Assembly: GCA_951406725.2 (NCBI GenBank)
Contig: OX597832.1
Location: 28,024,001-28,088,000 of the forward strand
Direction of reading: 5' to 3'
Length of the DNA stretch: 64,000 nucleotides
Source of the DNA: Octopus vulgaris
Lineage: Eukaryota
Made by a program: the position numbers and the translations under genes
Shown: piece by piece, positions 1 through 12,379 of the stretch
How positions within the stretch are numbered: the first letter of the stretch is position 1
Layout: the number at the start of each line of letters is the position of its first letter
The notes under the pieces: model-generated
Told to the model about the DNA's origin: nothing
Databases searched by the model: none
The model's input: the letters and a program-made list of their open reading frames with translations, nothing else

Positions 1-1305
1 CTGGAAGAAGATTCTTTGATAAGAGAAAAGAGAGGAGTAGTGGGGGGCAATTGATTAGATTCACCCCAGTATGCAACTGGTACTTAGACTGTCGCCATGC
101 TGGGGCACTGCCTTGAAGAAGTTGTAGTTGAAAGAAATGACCCCAGTACTTCTTTATCTTTTGAAGCCCCTGGTACTTATTCTATCAGTCTCTTTTACTG
201 AACTGCTAAGTTATGGGGATGTAAACACACCAACACCAGTTGTTAAGCATTGGGGGTGGGGATGGGGTCAGATGGACACAAAGACACACACGATAAGCTT
301 CTCTCAGTTTCCATCAACCAAATCCACTCTCAAGGCTTTGTTCAGCCTGGGGCTGTAGTAAAAGACACTTGCCCAAGGTGCCAAGCAGTGGGACTGAACC
401 CAGAACCATGTGGTTGGGAAGCAAGCTTCTTACCACATGGTTAGGATTTTTTTGCTTTTGTAAGATTTGTTGTTGTTGTTGAGTCCCAGATCACCTCTGA
501 TCCTGCAGGTTTATGATCACAGACATTCCAATCATGACCATCCAATCACTTTCCTTTCTCAGACAGGGGCACACAATTATGCTGTTGTTCTTATTTAAGA
601 TAGTAAGGCATAATTTGAGGGGAAGTTGACTGCCATTTGTAGCACATCAAGTGACAACAGAAACGCTCCCTCCTCAGCTTGTATTAGATGACTTCTCTGG
701 AGTAGGTGCAGTGTCTTTAGAACGATTGGGGACACATGTGCACATGGTTCCAGGTTCAGTCCCATTGTGTGACATCTAGAACAAGTGTCTTGCTACTATA
801 GTGTCAGATCAACCAAAACCTTGTGAGTGGATTTGGTGGATGGAAACTGAAAGAAGCCCACCCTGTGTGTGTGTCCATGTCCCTTAACACCACTTGGAAA
901 CCAATGTTCGTGTATTCATCACCCTGTAACTTAGCAATTTGGTAAAAAAAAAAAAGCCCAATAGAATAAGTACTGGCCTTGAAAGAGTATGTACTGGAAT
1001 CGATCCATTCAACTAAAACTCTTGAAGCCGTGCCCCAGAATGGCCACAATCTAATGACTGAAACAAGTAAAAGAATATAACCACACAAACACACACACAC
1101 CATTTGTCTACAAGTGAAGTAGTTTGACAGCTAATGCTGTGGTAGCCATAGCTAACCACATAATTGCTATATTTTATTAGCCAATTATGTTAATGCAGGA
1201 AGAATAATAAATACACTAATTAAAAATAAATGTGTAATAGAATAAGAATAATTGATCAATGACTATAATTATTTACATTTTCTTCTGGAAAGTATGGGAG
1301 ACAAC

Positions 1306-1345
1306 TCTGAACATGTTTCGGTGTTATTCTGATCTCATCAGCAGA
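1306..1345 (-). ncRNA. Minimal type-I hammerhead ribozyme-like motif (degenerate helix II)
   Basis: TCTG-CTGATGA-GATCAGAATAACACC-GAAA-CATG-TT-CAGA: helix I TCTG/CAGA, palindromic ACATGT helix III, GUU triplet. Confidence 0.55.
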
Positions 1346-2173
1346 TCATAACCTTCACTGTATTTATGATAATAGGGATTAATGATTGTGAATAATAACC
1401 CTCAAATATGAATTGATTCTATGATTCAAACTGTGACAACCCATCCAACCCATGCCAGCATGAAAAGCAGACCTAAATGATGAAGATGCTGATGACAATG
1501 ATGATGATTGTGTTTATATATACATGTACTTTCTTTCTCTGTATGTGCACGTGTGTGTGTGTGTGTAGGCATGGACGTGTGATAAGAAGCTTGCTTCCCA
1601 TCCACACGGTTCCAGGTGCGGTTCCACTGCATGGTACCTTCTAAGTAATGCTTCATGCCAACCCGGAAACTGGAAGAAGCCCCTTGTGTGTGTGTGTGTG
1701 TGTCAATGTTTGTCTCCTGCAATTACTTGAGAGCCAATGTTGGTGAGTGATTTATTTGCCTAAAAATTCTTCAAGGCAGGGTTAATGAAGCCATAATGCA
1801 AAGACATAAAATCTCCCAGAACCCCACATAAAAAGATATAACAACCTTTGCTAACCATTTCTGTCAGGAATTTGATTCCTCACAAAATGTCCTGTTTCTA
1901 ATTAGTCTTGTTTTAATTTGGAAGGGGAAATCTGAATAGTCACATCTCTTCTTACACTTACCATTGCCAGCTCATTATATAACGTCAGTGGTCGGGGATC
2001 AAATTCAGGTGACACTTGGTGACAGCAGCAGTAATAAATTCCAAATTTAACCCCTCACCCTCTGGACAAGGGGCATCTTCCTTTTCTAAACAAAGAAGTG
2101 TCTTACAGAGCTAGGGGCCTAATAGGGGGGTAGTCTGGAGAGTAGCGGAAATTCTTGTGACAAGCTAATAGAC

Positions 2174-2703
2174 TAAAGTTTGTTTGCCAACATAACATGG
2201 CAGTCCTGGTTTAGGACGAATGTTGCTGTAATTTGGCCCCAGGAGACATCGTCTCCAGTTGGCTATATGACATGATCTGTGTCCTTATATTTTTTCGAAC
2301 AAGGGAATCTAGCAGCCCCACTCAGCTCAAAACAATATCTGTGTATTGCGATTTCCAGGTTATTTCCCTTCATCAGCACAGAATAATTGTTCGGTTGTTC
2401 GGCTCAAGGTGGCACTGCCAAATTCCTGTTCGAAATATATAGTTTTCAAAGTGACAACTAAGTCACTGATCTATAAATTAGAAAACTATTGTTTGCAAAT
2501 CCCACAACGAGAGATATTCAGCAACATTACTTTGGGGTAAAGATTGTTTGCCAACATAACATGGCAGTCCCGGTTTAGGACAAATGTTGCTGTAATTTAG
2601 CCCCAGGGGACATCGTCTCCAGCTGGCTATATGACACGATCTGTGTCCTTATATTTTCAAACAAGGGAGTCTAGCACTCCCTCTCAGCTCTAAACAACAT
2701 GTG
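2174..2703 (-). mobile_element. Retrozyme/Penelope-like tandem element (~1.45 copies of a 364-bp unit containing a hammerhead)
   Basis: 2174-~2343 is repeated at 2538-~2703 (period 364). The hammerhead spans the end of the first repeat and the start of the unique part. The second copy stops at the position equivalent to the predicted cleavage site. No convincing ORF. Confidence 0.6.
2338..2382 (-). ncRNA. Minimal type-I hammerhead ribozyme-like motif
   Basis: TCTGTG-CTGATGA-AGG-GAAATAA-CCT-G-GAAA-TCGCA-ATA-CACAGA: 6-bp helix I, conserved boxes, near-palindromic helix III, AUA triplet. Confidence 0.6.
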
Positions 2704-2713
2704 TCGATGAAGA

Positions 2714-2933
2714 TAGTAATGCTTTGACTATTGCGGGTGTCACATTCCAAAAACCCCGCGAAGTGAAAGTCCACAAAGTAAAAACAATAGTGTACTGTAT
2801 ATTTTTGCTATTGTTTTTATCATTTGTATATATTTATTTTGTTGTAAATGCAAAACGACACCACAGAGGAATCTGACGTAAGTTTAAATAATAAACTGCG
2901 ATAGGTGAACTACGATATGGCGAGGGTTTACTG
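2714..2933. mobile_element. Tigger-like MITE
   Basis: Ends (C/T)AGTAATGCTTTGACTATTGCGG ... CGAGGGTTTACTG-TA. Same family as 26358-26792. Confidence 0.6.
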
Positions 2934-4148
2934 TAGAATGTCACCTCTGTATGTTGTGATCCTGTAAATAACCAGACCTGGAGAACTCTGTTTATAAATC
3001 CAAGGCTTGCTTCATTCAATATATTCCCCCTGGGGTGTGAGACACGTTGATGTTGATACCCTGCTTCTTTCAATGTACTCCTTTGGGGTGTGAGACAGGG
3101 TGGTGCCTTCAGCCTAGTTAATTCCCTTAAACATCCATGTTTTTTTTACTTACGATTACCATTTTCAAAAAAAAAAACAAAAGGAACGCTGTTTTATTTA
3201 CTTCTTTGTCTTTTCATTTCGCTTTACAAAGGTTTTTCTTTTTCCCTTCGTGTTTGTCGTGTGTGTCTATAAAAGAAAAGTAAAGCTCCTTCCTGTATCA
3301 TATAAACTCATAGAGTCAGTTACCCTGTTTCCATGGCATATATACTCTCCACCTGGATGGTACACCAGTCCCTTGCATGGTGACTCATTTTTGCGACCTG
3401 AGTGGACTGGAACAATGTGAAATTGAGTGTTTTGCTTATCACCATCACCACCATCACCATTGGTATCATCATCATCATCACCATTGGTATCATCATCATC
3501 ATCACCATTGGTATCATCATCATCATCACCATTGTCATCCTTTTACTTCCATGTCTCTTATGTTGGTCTTATGGCATATGGTCACCCATTTACATTCCTT
3601 CATTTCTGTCACACACACACACACACACAATGGTATGGATTGGATGGGTCTTACAGCACCATACCATTTCCTTGTCATCCTCTAGTGCTCAGCACCTCAT
3701 CACTAAAACTGCTTCCATCAAATTAACGAGCCTCTATGTGGTTACTCAACTTCCTAGAAATAGCAGTCAAATTTTCCTCGATTCATATCTAACTGCCTTG
3801 TGAAATGATACACCCAAGGCAGGCTTCCCTGCAATGTCTGTCTCCCACATTCCACTTGCAAGGTGTCAGTTAGACTCAAAGCTACAATGGGAGACTCTTG
3901 GTCAAGCTATCGTTCAATGGGATCAAGCCTTGAACCTTGTGGTTGTGAAACTAACCTCTTAACCACACAGCTATGCTTACAGCTTATACACAGAGGCATG
4001 CACACCTACATATAGTACCTGCACTTACACACACATCTTCATATATTATGTCTACACATACATTTACATATAATACACAAAAAACACATTACCTATATGC
4101 ACACACATACTACACACACACACACATATATATATATATAAATATATA

Positions 4149-4554
4149 GGCATAGGAGTGGCTGTGTGGTAAGTAGCTTGCTTACCAACCACATGGTTCT
4201 GGGTTCAGTCCCACTGCATGGCATCTTGGGCAAGTGTCTTCTACTATAGCCTTGGGCCGACCAAAGCCTTGTGAGTAGATTTGGTAAACGGAAACTGAAA
4301 GAAGCCTGTCATATATATGTATATGTATGTGTGTGTATATGTTTGTGTGTCTGTGTTTGTCCTCCCTCCCAACATCGCTTGACAACCGATGCTGGTGTGT
4401 TTACGTCCCCGTAACTTAGTGGTTCGGCAAAAGAGACCGATAGAATAAGTACTGGGCTTTAAAAAGAATAAGTCCTGGGGTCGATTTGCTCGACTAAAGG
4501 CGGTGCTCCAGCATGGCCACAGTCAAATGACTGAAACAAGTTAAAGAGTAAGAG

Positions 4555-4555
<1 letters not shown>
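4149..4555 (+). mobile_element. tRNA-derived SINE family A, representative of many copies (e.g. + 32883-33296, 45380-45730, 47586-47880, 54890-55460, 62690-63045; - 90-440, 42826-43092, 59702-60071)
   Basis: A/B-box-like head GGCTGTGTGGTAAG...GGTTCAGTCCC, internal (TA/TG)n, and tail GGCGGTGCTCCAGCATGGCCACAGTCAAATGACTGAAAC recurring across the window. Confidence 0.9.
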
Positions 4556-4582
<27 letters not shown>

Positions 4583-4585
<3 letters not shown>

Positions 4586-4970
4586 CATCGACTGGCCTCC
4601 GTGCTGTGGGCACGTAACAAACACCATCCGATTGTGGCCGTTCGCCAGCCTCATCTGGCACCTGTGTCGGTGGCACATAAAAACACCATCCGAGCATGGC
4701 CGTCTGCCAGCCTCGTCTGGCACCTGTGTCGGTGGCACATAAAAAACACCATCCGAGCGTGGCCGTTCGCCAGCCTCGTCTGGCACCTGTGTCGGTGGCA
4801 CATAAAATCACCCACTACACTCTCGGAGTGGTTGGCGTTAGGAAGGGCATCCAGCTGTAGAAACACTGCCAGATCTGACTGGCCTGGTGCAGCCTTCGGG
4901 CTCCCCAGACCCCAGTTGAACCGTCCAACCCATGCTAGCATGGAAAGCGGACGCTAAATGATGATGATGA
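4583..4970 (+). mobile_element. Repeat family C (SINE/RTE-tail type) with internal ~60-bp tandem units and (ATG)n tail (also 15330-15690; - 19550-19990, 30718-31003, 41034-41424)
   Basis: Recurrent GGTTGGCGTTAGGAAGGGCATCCAGCTGTAGAAAC...CCAACCCATGCTAGCATGGAAA...(GAT)n. Confidence 0.8.
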
Positions 4971-6984
4971 TATATATATATATATACATTTATTACTAAT
5001 ATTGTGATGTGTCACAGTTGTCACAGGTTTAATCAACTGAGTGTCAGTGGCTGGGGTGGGGTGACGGGTGATAGAGGGAGAGAGAGTGGGCGGGCGGGGT
5101 GGGTGGTGTATGTTATTGTTTCGAGTTGATGACCCGATGTTTTTGGACTTGTTTGCTATCATTGCTTTGTGTGCTCCGAGTGTTTTTAACTGTCCTGTGG
5201 AGATAAATATCTCTTTGCAACTGGCTGGTTGCAATTTACTGCGCATTTTCACATCAAAATTATTGCACCTCCGCTGTCACCTGTTACAATAAACGCTGCA
5301 CACACAACACACACATACGTACACACACCCACACACAGGTTGCTGTCGGCTTTTCCTTTTTCTTTGTTGCGTTTTTGTTGTTGCTGTTTTGTTTGATGCA
5401 GCTGGCTTTATTTTGCTGCATCTGCAGCGACTTTGTATCCCTACGCCAGTTTTGTAATGCATAAATTTGTTTTATGGGGTGATACACAATAGAACTGAAC
5501 TGAGGTCCTGTGTGCAGGCCCCATTAAAGGGGCAGGGGACGGTGGGGGGAGGCAGGTCGAGGTGAGTGCAAATAGTTCGTGCATTTTACAAATAATAAGA
5601 GACTCTCTTATTATTGGGGAATCTCAGCATATGGAAAGAAACGAAAATTAAATAAATCCAGTTACATGTATTGAGTACTTCATTACAATACAGGCCCCAT
5701 AAATTCACCCTTAGATGACCAGTCATAAGGTGTCCTCTATGTCATAAATTGACCCTTAAATAGATGACCAGTCATAAGATGTCCTTTGTGTTACCAGATT
5801 ATTAACTTGATCATTAATCCTTTAACCTTTAAACCAGCCTTATCCAACCCAAGTATTCCACCTGTTTTAAGTTTAAAATTGACCAGATTCAACCTCTCAC
5901 ACCTACCCTACAATGCCATTCTAAAAATATACAATCATATTATCACAATACTGAAGCTACGGGATAATGCCTGGTCATTTCTAAACAATATGGATAAAAA
6001 AGCAATAAATTGGCCAAAGAATTAATTTTGGACGAAACAAATTCCTGTTACTTCACCCCATGGACATTTCCTATTTAGTCCAGTAGTTATATTATTTCAT
6101 CAAGACAAAATTTTTGGACATAGAGTGGCTGTGGTTATTTCTGGCAATATTTGAGGGTCAGTGGTCAGTCAGTGTTGGTCAGTTGTATATATTTTAACAG
6201 TTCTGATTTGCAGTGTTCAGGAATTTTCTTCGGTGGAATGTCCTGAGCTCCTGATTTTCAGATTGGTCTGGTGGTACTTTGTCATTTTACCAAATTATCC
6301 GTCTTACTCTGTGTGCATGTGTGTGTGTGTATACATACACATACACAGGGTAGTGTTGTTACATGTGTGTATGTCGTCATTAACACTACTTGAGAAAAAG
6401 CTGATGATTCCCAACAGGAAGGGCATCCAGCAATAAAATAGCATCTTAATAAATACTCATCTGACCCATGCTAGCATGAAAAAAATGTACATAAAACAAA
6501 TGAATATACATACATACATAAGCACACACACACTATATTTAAAGCTTGTTCTTAGTTCTGTAGCCAGAAATTAGTACAAGACAATCTTTAACCAAGTTCC
6601 GCTGTTGTTAGACAAGCCACAATTCTTGGATAAATAGGAAACCAAGATACAGACATAGCTACAGACAAGACGTGTGTGTGTGTGTGTGTGTGTACATAGA
6701 CTATGTTTTATGAAAGTGTTGGCAACTGTTTATTGAGTGGGGGTGTATTTTGTCTGCGAGTGTGGGAGGACAGTGCTTAACTATACTCTGTGTGTGACTC
6801 ATTTTCAATTCATAACGTTTCTACACCATGTTCAAAAAGTCTCTCCGCAATGACCTTTTCCATCCTGACTCTCCAAGATATATTTCAAAACATGTGTAGA
6901 AGATACAGTTCTATATTTAAGAGATGAGGAATTATGTACATTATTTACATTTGATGGATATTTGTCCTCATCTTGTTTGTTGTT

Positions 6985-7030
6985 AACACAACGTTTCAGC
7001 TGATATACCCTCCAGCCTTCATCAGGTGTC
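6985..7030 (-). ncRNA. Minimal type-I hammerhead ribozyme-like motif
   Basis: GACAC-CTGATGA-A-GGCTG-GAGGGTATAT-CAGCT-GAAA-C-GTT-GTGTT, with palindromic AACGTT helix III. Confidence 0.65.
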
Positions 7031-7122
7031 TTGGGGAAATTTCGAACCTGGGTTCTCATTCCTAAGGTATTCTTCGATGTTATTATTATTATTATTCTTA
7101 TAGGTTCGAAATTTCCCCCCAA

Positions 7123-7168
7123 GACACCTGAAGAAGGCTGGAGGGTATATCAGCCGAAACATTGTGTT
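7123..7168 (+). ncRNA. Hammerhead-like motif, inverted copy, with a helix III mismatch
   Basis: GACAC-CTGAAGA-A-GGCTG-GAGGGTATAT-CAGCC-GAAA-C-ATT-GTGTT. The GUU>AUU change breaks the C-G pair. Confidence 0.55.
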
Positions 7169-8059
7169 AACAACAAACAAGATGAGGACAAATATCCATC
7201 AAATGTAAATAATGTATGTGTAGGAGAGTCAACTTATTTATTGAAAAATGAAGGACGACACCTTTAGCACCTCTTATAAAGTTTTTTTCAAGTCTTGTAA
7301 AGTCTAAATTATTCTTTTGTTGTCTTATACCATCTTGTAGATATTTATTTTGCAATAAAATACTTACTGCAGAGAGACTTTTTGAACAGCCTGTACTTTC
7401 ACTTTCTTATTTCTTTCTTATTATAGTTTCTAATATATTGCATTGTCTGATAAACCCTTCGGTTCAACAGTTGGCACCTCTCACTTATTCTTCTTCATAT
7501 CCTATCAGAGACAAATCCCTGTCTTTACTCCCACCCATGACATTATCTCCATTTTAAAGAACTTCTTGGATCAGGAAACTAACAGACATCATTGCCAAGA
7601 CGGCGCTCACAATCATCTTCAAAGACTCAGTCTTCAGCAACATCATAATGCTAATAGCAACAACAACATTAAAAAAAAAATACTAACATATTGGTTGAAT
7701 ATGAAATCCCCCCACACCACCACCGCCACCATTATTGTCAAAAATAAAAAAAATAATTAACAAATTATCTAGAATCACTTTCTCCAAGTTAATTAGCTAA
7801 TGACAGTCATGGTTGGTCTTCTGAGATGTTAGTGTCTGTCCCTTTTCTGACCCTAACTTCAACAACGGCTATAGACAGTCTCTATGGGCCTCAATTAATT
7901 TTCAAATAATTACTAAATGATTTAATAAAATTGATTGAAATTTTTTTTTCTTTTAATTAATTTGATGTTTTGAACAAGAAATTTTAATCTAAAGCTTCTA
8001 AGATGATTCTGAGACCGTTGTGACATCACAACCTGATATCTGTGGATTTAAATGATCCT

Positions 8060-8310
8060 GGAATTGCGTATAACAAAAGTGTCATAATTCATGGATTATC
8101 TAACTTAAGAGTCTAAAATTATAATTGGGTCATTTGAGATTAATCCTTAGATTATCTAACATAGGGTCTCAGTCAGATTTGAATCACTATTGACTTGGGA
8201 TGCTGTTTCTGAGATAATTCATGGATTATTTAAGACCAGAGTCTAACTTTGAATTAATCTTTGGTTTATCTAACATCTGGATCTCTGATAATCCATGGAT
8301 TATAACCATA
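8060..8310. repeat. Degenerate tandem repeat (GATAAT...ATGGATTATCTAAC)
   Basis: About five diverged ~50-60-bp units upstream of the first FNDC3 exon. Confidence 0.5.
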
Positions 8311-8722
8311 AGCCACTGAAACATTATGTTGTTGATGATGATGTTGATGACAATTCAGTCAATGATTTAATTTAAATGGCAACATTTTAACGAGGGTTGT
8401 CGAACATTTAAGGCATCAAGTTCATCAACCTTGGCACAAAATAAGGGATCATCACCAGTCTCTTGGAGCCTGTAAAGGTCATGAGCACTGCCCCTTATTC
8501 CAAATTCAGCAAATAAAAAAGGAAACAAATTTCAGCTACCACTAAGGTCAAGAGTCACCCTCAGCCAGTGATAGGAGCTAGGTTCAATACCAGCTGATGG
8601 TTGAGTAAAGGGTTAAGTATAAAGTGTCCAACTGAATCCCTGGTGGGAGCTGTAAAAAGGGATTTGTTTAATTGTCCAAATGTTCAAATTTGTTTACTAA
8701 TGTTTTGTTGTTATACTTTCAG

Positions 8723-8889
8723 GTCCTGCCACAGTACGGATGGTCTCCAATAGTGGTCCACCGTTACCCATGCCTATGCAAGTGGCTCCTGGTCATATGG
8801 TACAGCAGATCGTCGATGAGCATGGCATACTGACCAATGTGATATTAGCTCCTCAGATGCCAGGGATGCCCCCAGGAAGTCCCATGACG
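8723..8889 (+). CDS. FNDC3A: FNDC3A/B-like (fibronectin type III domain-containing 3, mtgo-like) internal coding exon, conserved N-terminal region
   Basis: Branch-like TACTAAT and pyrimidine tract precede ttcag|. Reads (G)PATVRMVSNSGPPLPMPMQVAPGHMVQQIVDEHGILTNVILAPQMPGMPPGSPMT, matching the FNDC3 N-terminal motif (GP..V.M.S....P..VPPG...Q..ED..G....V...PQ) from memory. Phase-0 donor ACG|gtacgg, with an alternative TAC|gtatgt after 8901. A versus B paralogy is not meaningful in an invertebrate. Confidence 0.88.
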
Positions 8890-9201
8890 GTACGGTGTTA
8901 CGTATGTATTTCACCCCCATTTTATCCGCCTGCCCAATGCCACTGCGCTCCATTCTGCTATCACAATGCCCACAGCGTCATGCCTCCACCCCGCTCCTGT
9001 CTTGACACAACCACCACCACCACCATTGGCCTCTGCACTCACTGCACAAACCCATGGAGACACGATTGAGCATGGAACTTCCACCATCCCCCCCCCCCCC
9101 CAAACACCACCACTAACACTTCCAACATGCCACGACCATCACCTCCAACATACCATTCCTTCCAACACATTAACCTCCAATGCATTACCATTGCCAACAT
9201 A

Positions 9202-9238
<37 letters not shown>

Positions 9239-9451
9239 GCTGCCGACATCTCCACCAACACACCACCACCCTCTTCTCCCACAACACACCACTAACACCC
9301 CCACTCCCTTCGCCACCGCCACCATTTCCAATAACCCACCACCACCGCCAACACCACCACCAAAATGCTGCTAACCAAACCTTTTTCGCATTCTTTTCTC
9401 TTGTTGTTGATGTTATTTTTGTTGTTTGCGATGATGATGATGATGATGATA

Positions 9452-9485
<34 letters not shown>

Positions 9486-9884
9486 GGTGGAGTGTTGATG
9501 ATGGTGATAACGATCAGGTGGAGTGATGAAAGCGATGATGGCAGTTATGATGATGGTGATGATGATGATGACGATGATGATGATGATGACGACGATGATG
9601 ATGATGGTGTTTACCGTTTATCGCTTTTTTCATTTTTAACTCTTCCACACCAATTAACTTCTTGTCTTCACAATTCATCAGATTCTCCACACACACATAC
9701 ACACACACTCTTTCATTACAGACACTACAGTTATGGTGGGGGTGGGGCGGGGCAGGGAGAATGACAAGGAATTGATTGTGAGACTCAAACTCGGGCTTGA
9801 ATAAATAACACAAGGTATTTTTGTTCAGAGCACCAATCTATTGGCAATGTTCTCGCCAATATACAACGTACGTGCATATATGTA

Positions 9885-9970
<86 letters not shown>

Positions 9971-9996
9971 ATATATACACATGTATACACATACAC

Positions 9997-10040
<44 letters not shown>

Positions 10041-12018
10041 GTATATATATACACATGTATATATATATATATATATATATATCCATACACAGACATACAT
10101 GTGATTGTTCCATCTTCACAGATGATTACTGTCTCCTTGTGCTTCCTCGTCGTCTGTAGTATTTCCGACCTTCCCTCCATGACCACCCAGATGGCTGTTC
10201 AATCCCACTGCAAATCTGTATGGTTCGAAGCAAAGGTCACAGAAAAAAAGTTGAAACTTACACTGGATTGATCGGATCATTTTGTCCAATGAGGAATTCC
10301 TCGATCGAAATTTGAAACATTTTTCATATCATTTGTTGGATCTGCAATCATTGCCACTGCCATAACACTGTCAGTCTATGGACAATGGAAGGACAAATGA
10401 GGTCACCATAAGGAGACATCTGTATGTCATCGGATTATAGTGGTCAGTGTTTATATAACACGAGTATCACTGATTAGTACCTAATGACCGGCTGCAGTGA
10501 GCTGACCAAGTTTTACATCAGTGTCCTTCTTCTAGAAGCAAACTGTGACAATGGCTAGGGACCCGTCACTATAAAACATGCACATACATTCATAGATATG
10601 TATGTGTGTATTACGCCGACATGGAACACTTGTATACAATACTTGGAGTGTCCCAGGAAGCCACAGATATGAATTTATCTGATTTCTGATCAATAATCAA
10701 TGCATGGGTCAATGTTCGTTAGCTGTTGTCATATAAATAACGATTCCTTCTATGCAATTCCGGTCACTAAAGGCATTGTCTGTGGTAGAAGCCACTTGCC
10801 CCAGGGTACCCTGCTAGAGAACCTAATTCTTGAAACCTTGTTGTTGTAGTAGAGTGAACCTCTTGGCTACACATCCTGTGTTCAAATCCTAATGGAATTT
10901 GAGAAATTTTATACTTAAACTCTTTTGCACCAATAATAGATACCAGTAATGTACTGAGGTCTATTTCATCATAGTACTGTGTTCTCACCAAAGTTTTTAA
11001 TCTCATAAACCATTATTCTAATTAACATCGTTAGGGCATTGTTAGATTGGCTAAAATGCTTTGCAGTATTTCTGTATTTATTGACTTCTTGGTTCAAATA
11101 CAGCTGAGGGTCGTCTTTGCTTTTGCTCCCCTCCTGGGACGATGAAAGCAAAACCAGGTCAAGGGCTGGTGGTGGTGAAGGCTGTGATTAATACAACTAT
11201 CCCCTCCCCCATCTATCCAAATCATCATCATCATCATCATCCTCCCACTCGCCTCGTCACTTTTTTGTCTCAGTGCTTTCCTTAAATGTTGAGGTTATTA
11301 AGTGAGGCGGAATTATTTCTAAAACCAGTTCTACTGAATACCAAAGTTACACTTGCTCTTCTTGGCTGGGAAAAAAACCAACAAAATTCTCTCTCCCTTC
11401 CCGCCTCTTCCCAACCATGTTTTCTCACCTCGTCAGGTTGTCTTGAGGCTAAAAATATATCCCTTTTTTTTTTCTTTCGTGGAAAAGCGAGGTGGTGGGG
11501 GGAAGGGTTGTTTTCTTGTAATTTAGTTACAAACAATCTTTAAAGAGTTGTAGGTGTTTGTGTGTCGATGTGGAACCTTCGTTAAGGAGATAACGATTGC
11601 AAAATATCTGGGCCGATTAGCCAGTGTTAGAAGTTTAAAATAAGTTACGTGGATGCAGAGTAGTGAAGAAGGATGGAGAAAAAGGTGATACTTCTGAAAG
11701 AATTGGTAATTATATTCTGTAAATGATTGGTTAAATATAGGCATCTTGTAACGAACGTACCCTCGATCTTGCCAATTCTCAGATATCTTCCCTACTCTCT
11801 TGCTTCGTCTGTTCGCCTGTCGCTATGTCTGTGGTTTTCTTTTCTTTTTTTAAATCTGTGTCTCTCTGTGTTTGTCTCTCCATATGTTTGTCATTGTCTA
11901 TCTATCCATATGTCTGTCTATCTATCTACTTATCCATGTATATCCATCTATCTATCTATCTATCTACCTATCTGTCTATCTATCTATCTATTTGTCTGTC
12001 TGTCTGTTTATCTGTCTG

Positions 12019-12051
<33 letters not shown>

Positions 12052-12082
12052 ATCTGTCTGTCTGTGTCTATCATCTATCTAT

Positions 12083-12132
<50 letters not shown>

Positions 12133-12240
12133 CTATATATATATATATAGATAGATGTATCAGTCACCATGATAGATCGGTAGCCACTACATACATTTTT
12201 TCCTTCTCTCCTTGTTTCTCTCCTTGTTTTTTCTGTGTCC

Positions 12241-12276
12241 CTTTCTGTAGAAGAGCATAGGCTCGAAACGTAAAAG
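12241..12276 (+). ncRNA. Hammerhead-like motif with variant core (CUGUAGA), within a Penelope-type repeat
   Basis: CTTT-CTGTAGA-A-GAGC-ATAG-GCTC-GAAA-C-GTA-AAAG: helices I and II pair, GUA triplet, but conserved A6 is U. Confidence 0.5.
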
Positions 12277-12379
12277 ACTTTTTCTATTCCTGAGCGTTAT
12301 ACTAATACATCTGCTTGTTTTGTACACCACCTGTCTTCGTCTTTTGCTTTTTTTTTTCCTTAAAGTTGATCTCACTAGC

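Larger units (their letters stand above)
6901..7216. mobile_element. Penelope-like pseudo-LTR in inverted arrangement
   Basis: ~112-bp inverted arms at 6937-7048 and 7102-7216 around a spacer containing (TTA)n. Each arm carries a hammerhead-like core. Confidence 0.7.

Noticed and set aside
2181-2699. TRIM / LTR-element interpretation of the direct repeats (TGTT...AACA)
   Set aside because: Similarity extends beyond the TG/CA ends, and there is no TSD, PBS or PPT. The hammerhead and tandem period fit a retrozyme or Penelope derivative better.
4494-4957. ~60-bp tandem units that superficially resemble a CRISPR array
   Set aside because: No unique spacers. They are internal repeats of a dispersed eukaryotic repeat, also seen at 41.2-41.4 kb.
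5060-5470. Unique intronic patch as an exon (likewise 11.2-11.8, 31.8-32.1, 37.2-37.5 and 57.4-57.6 kb)
   Set aside because: No convincing acceptor-ORF-donor combination. These could be conserved non-coding elements, but that cannot be supported without alignments.
9785-10271. YIYI/VCVC/THTH ORFs here and at 11.7-12.2, 28.1-28.7, 34.3-34.8 and 37.6-38.2 kb
   Set aside because: Translations of dinucleotide and tetranucleotide microsatellites.
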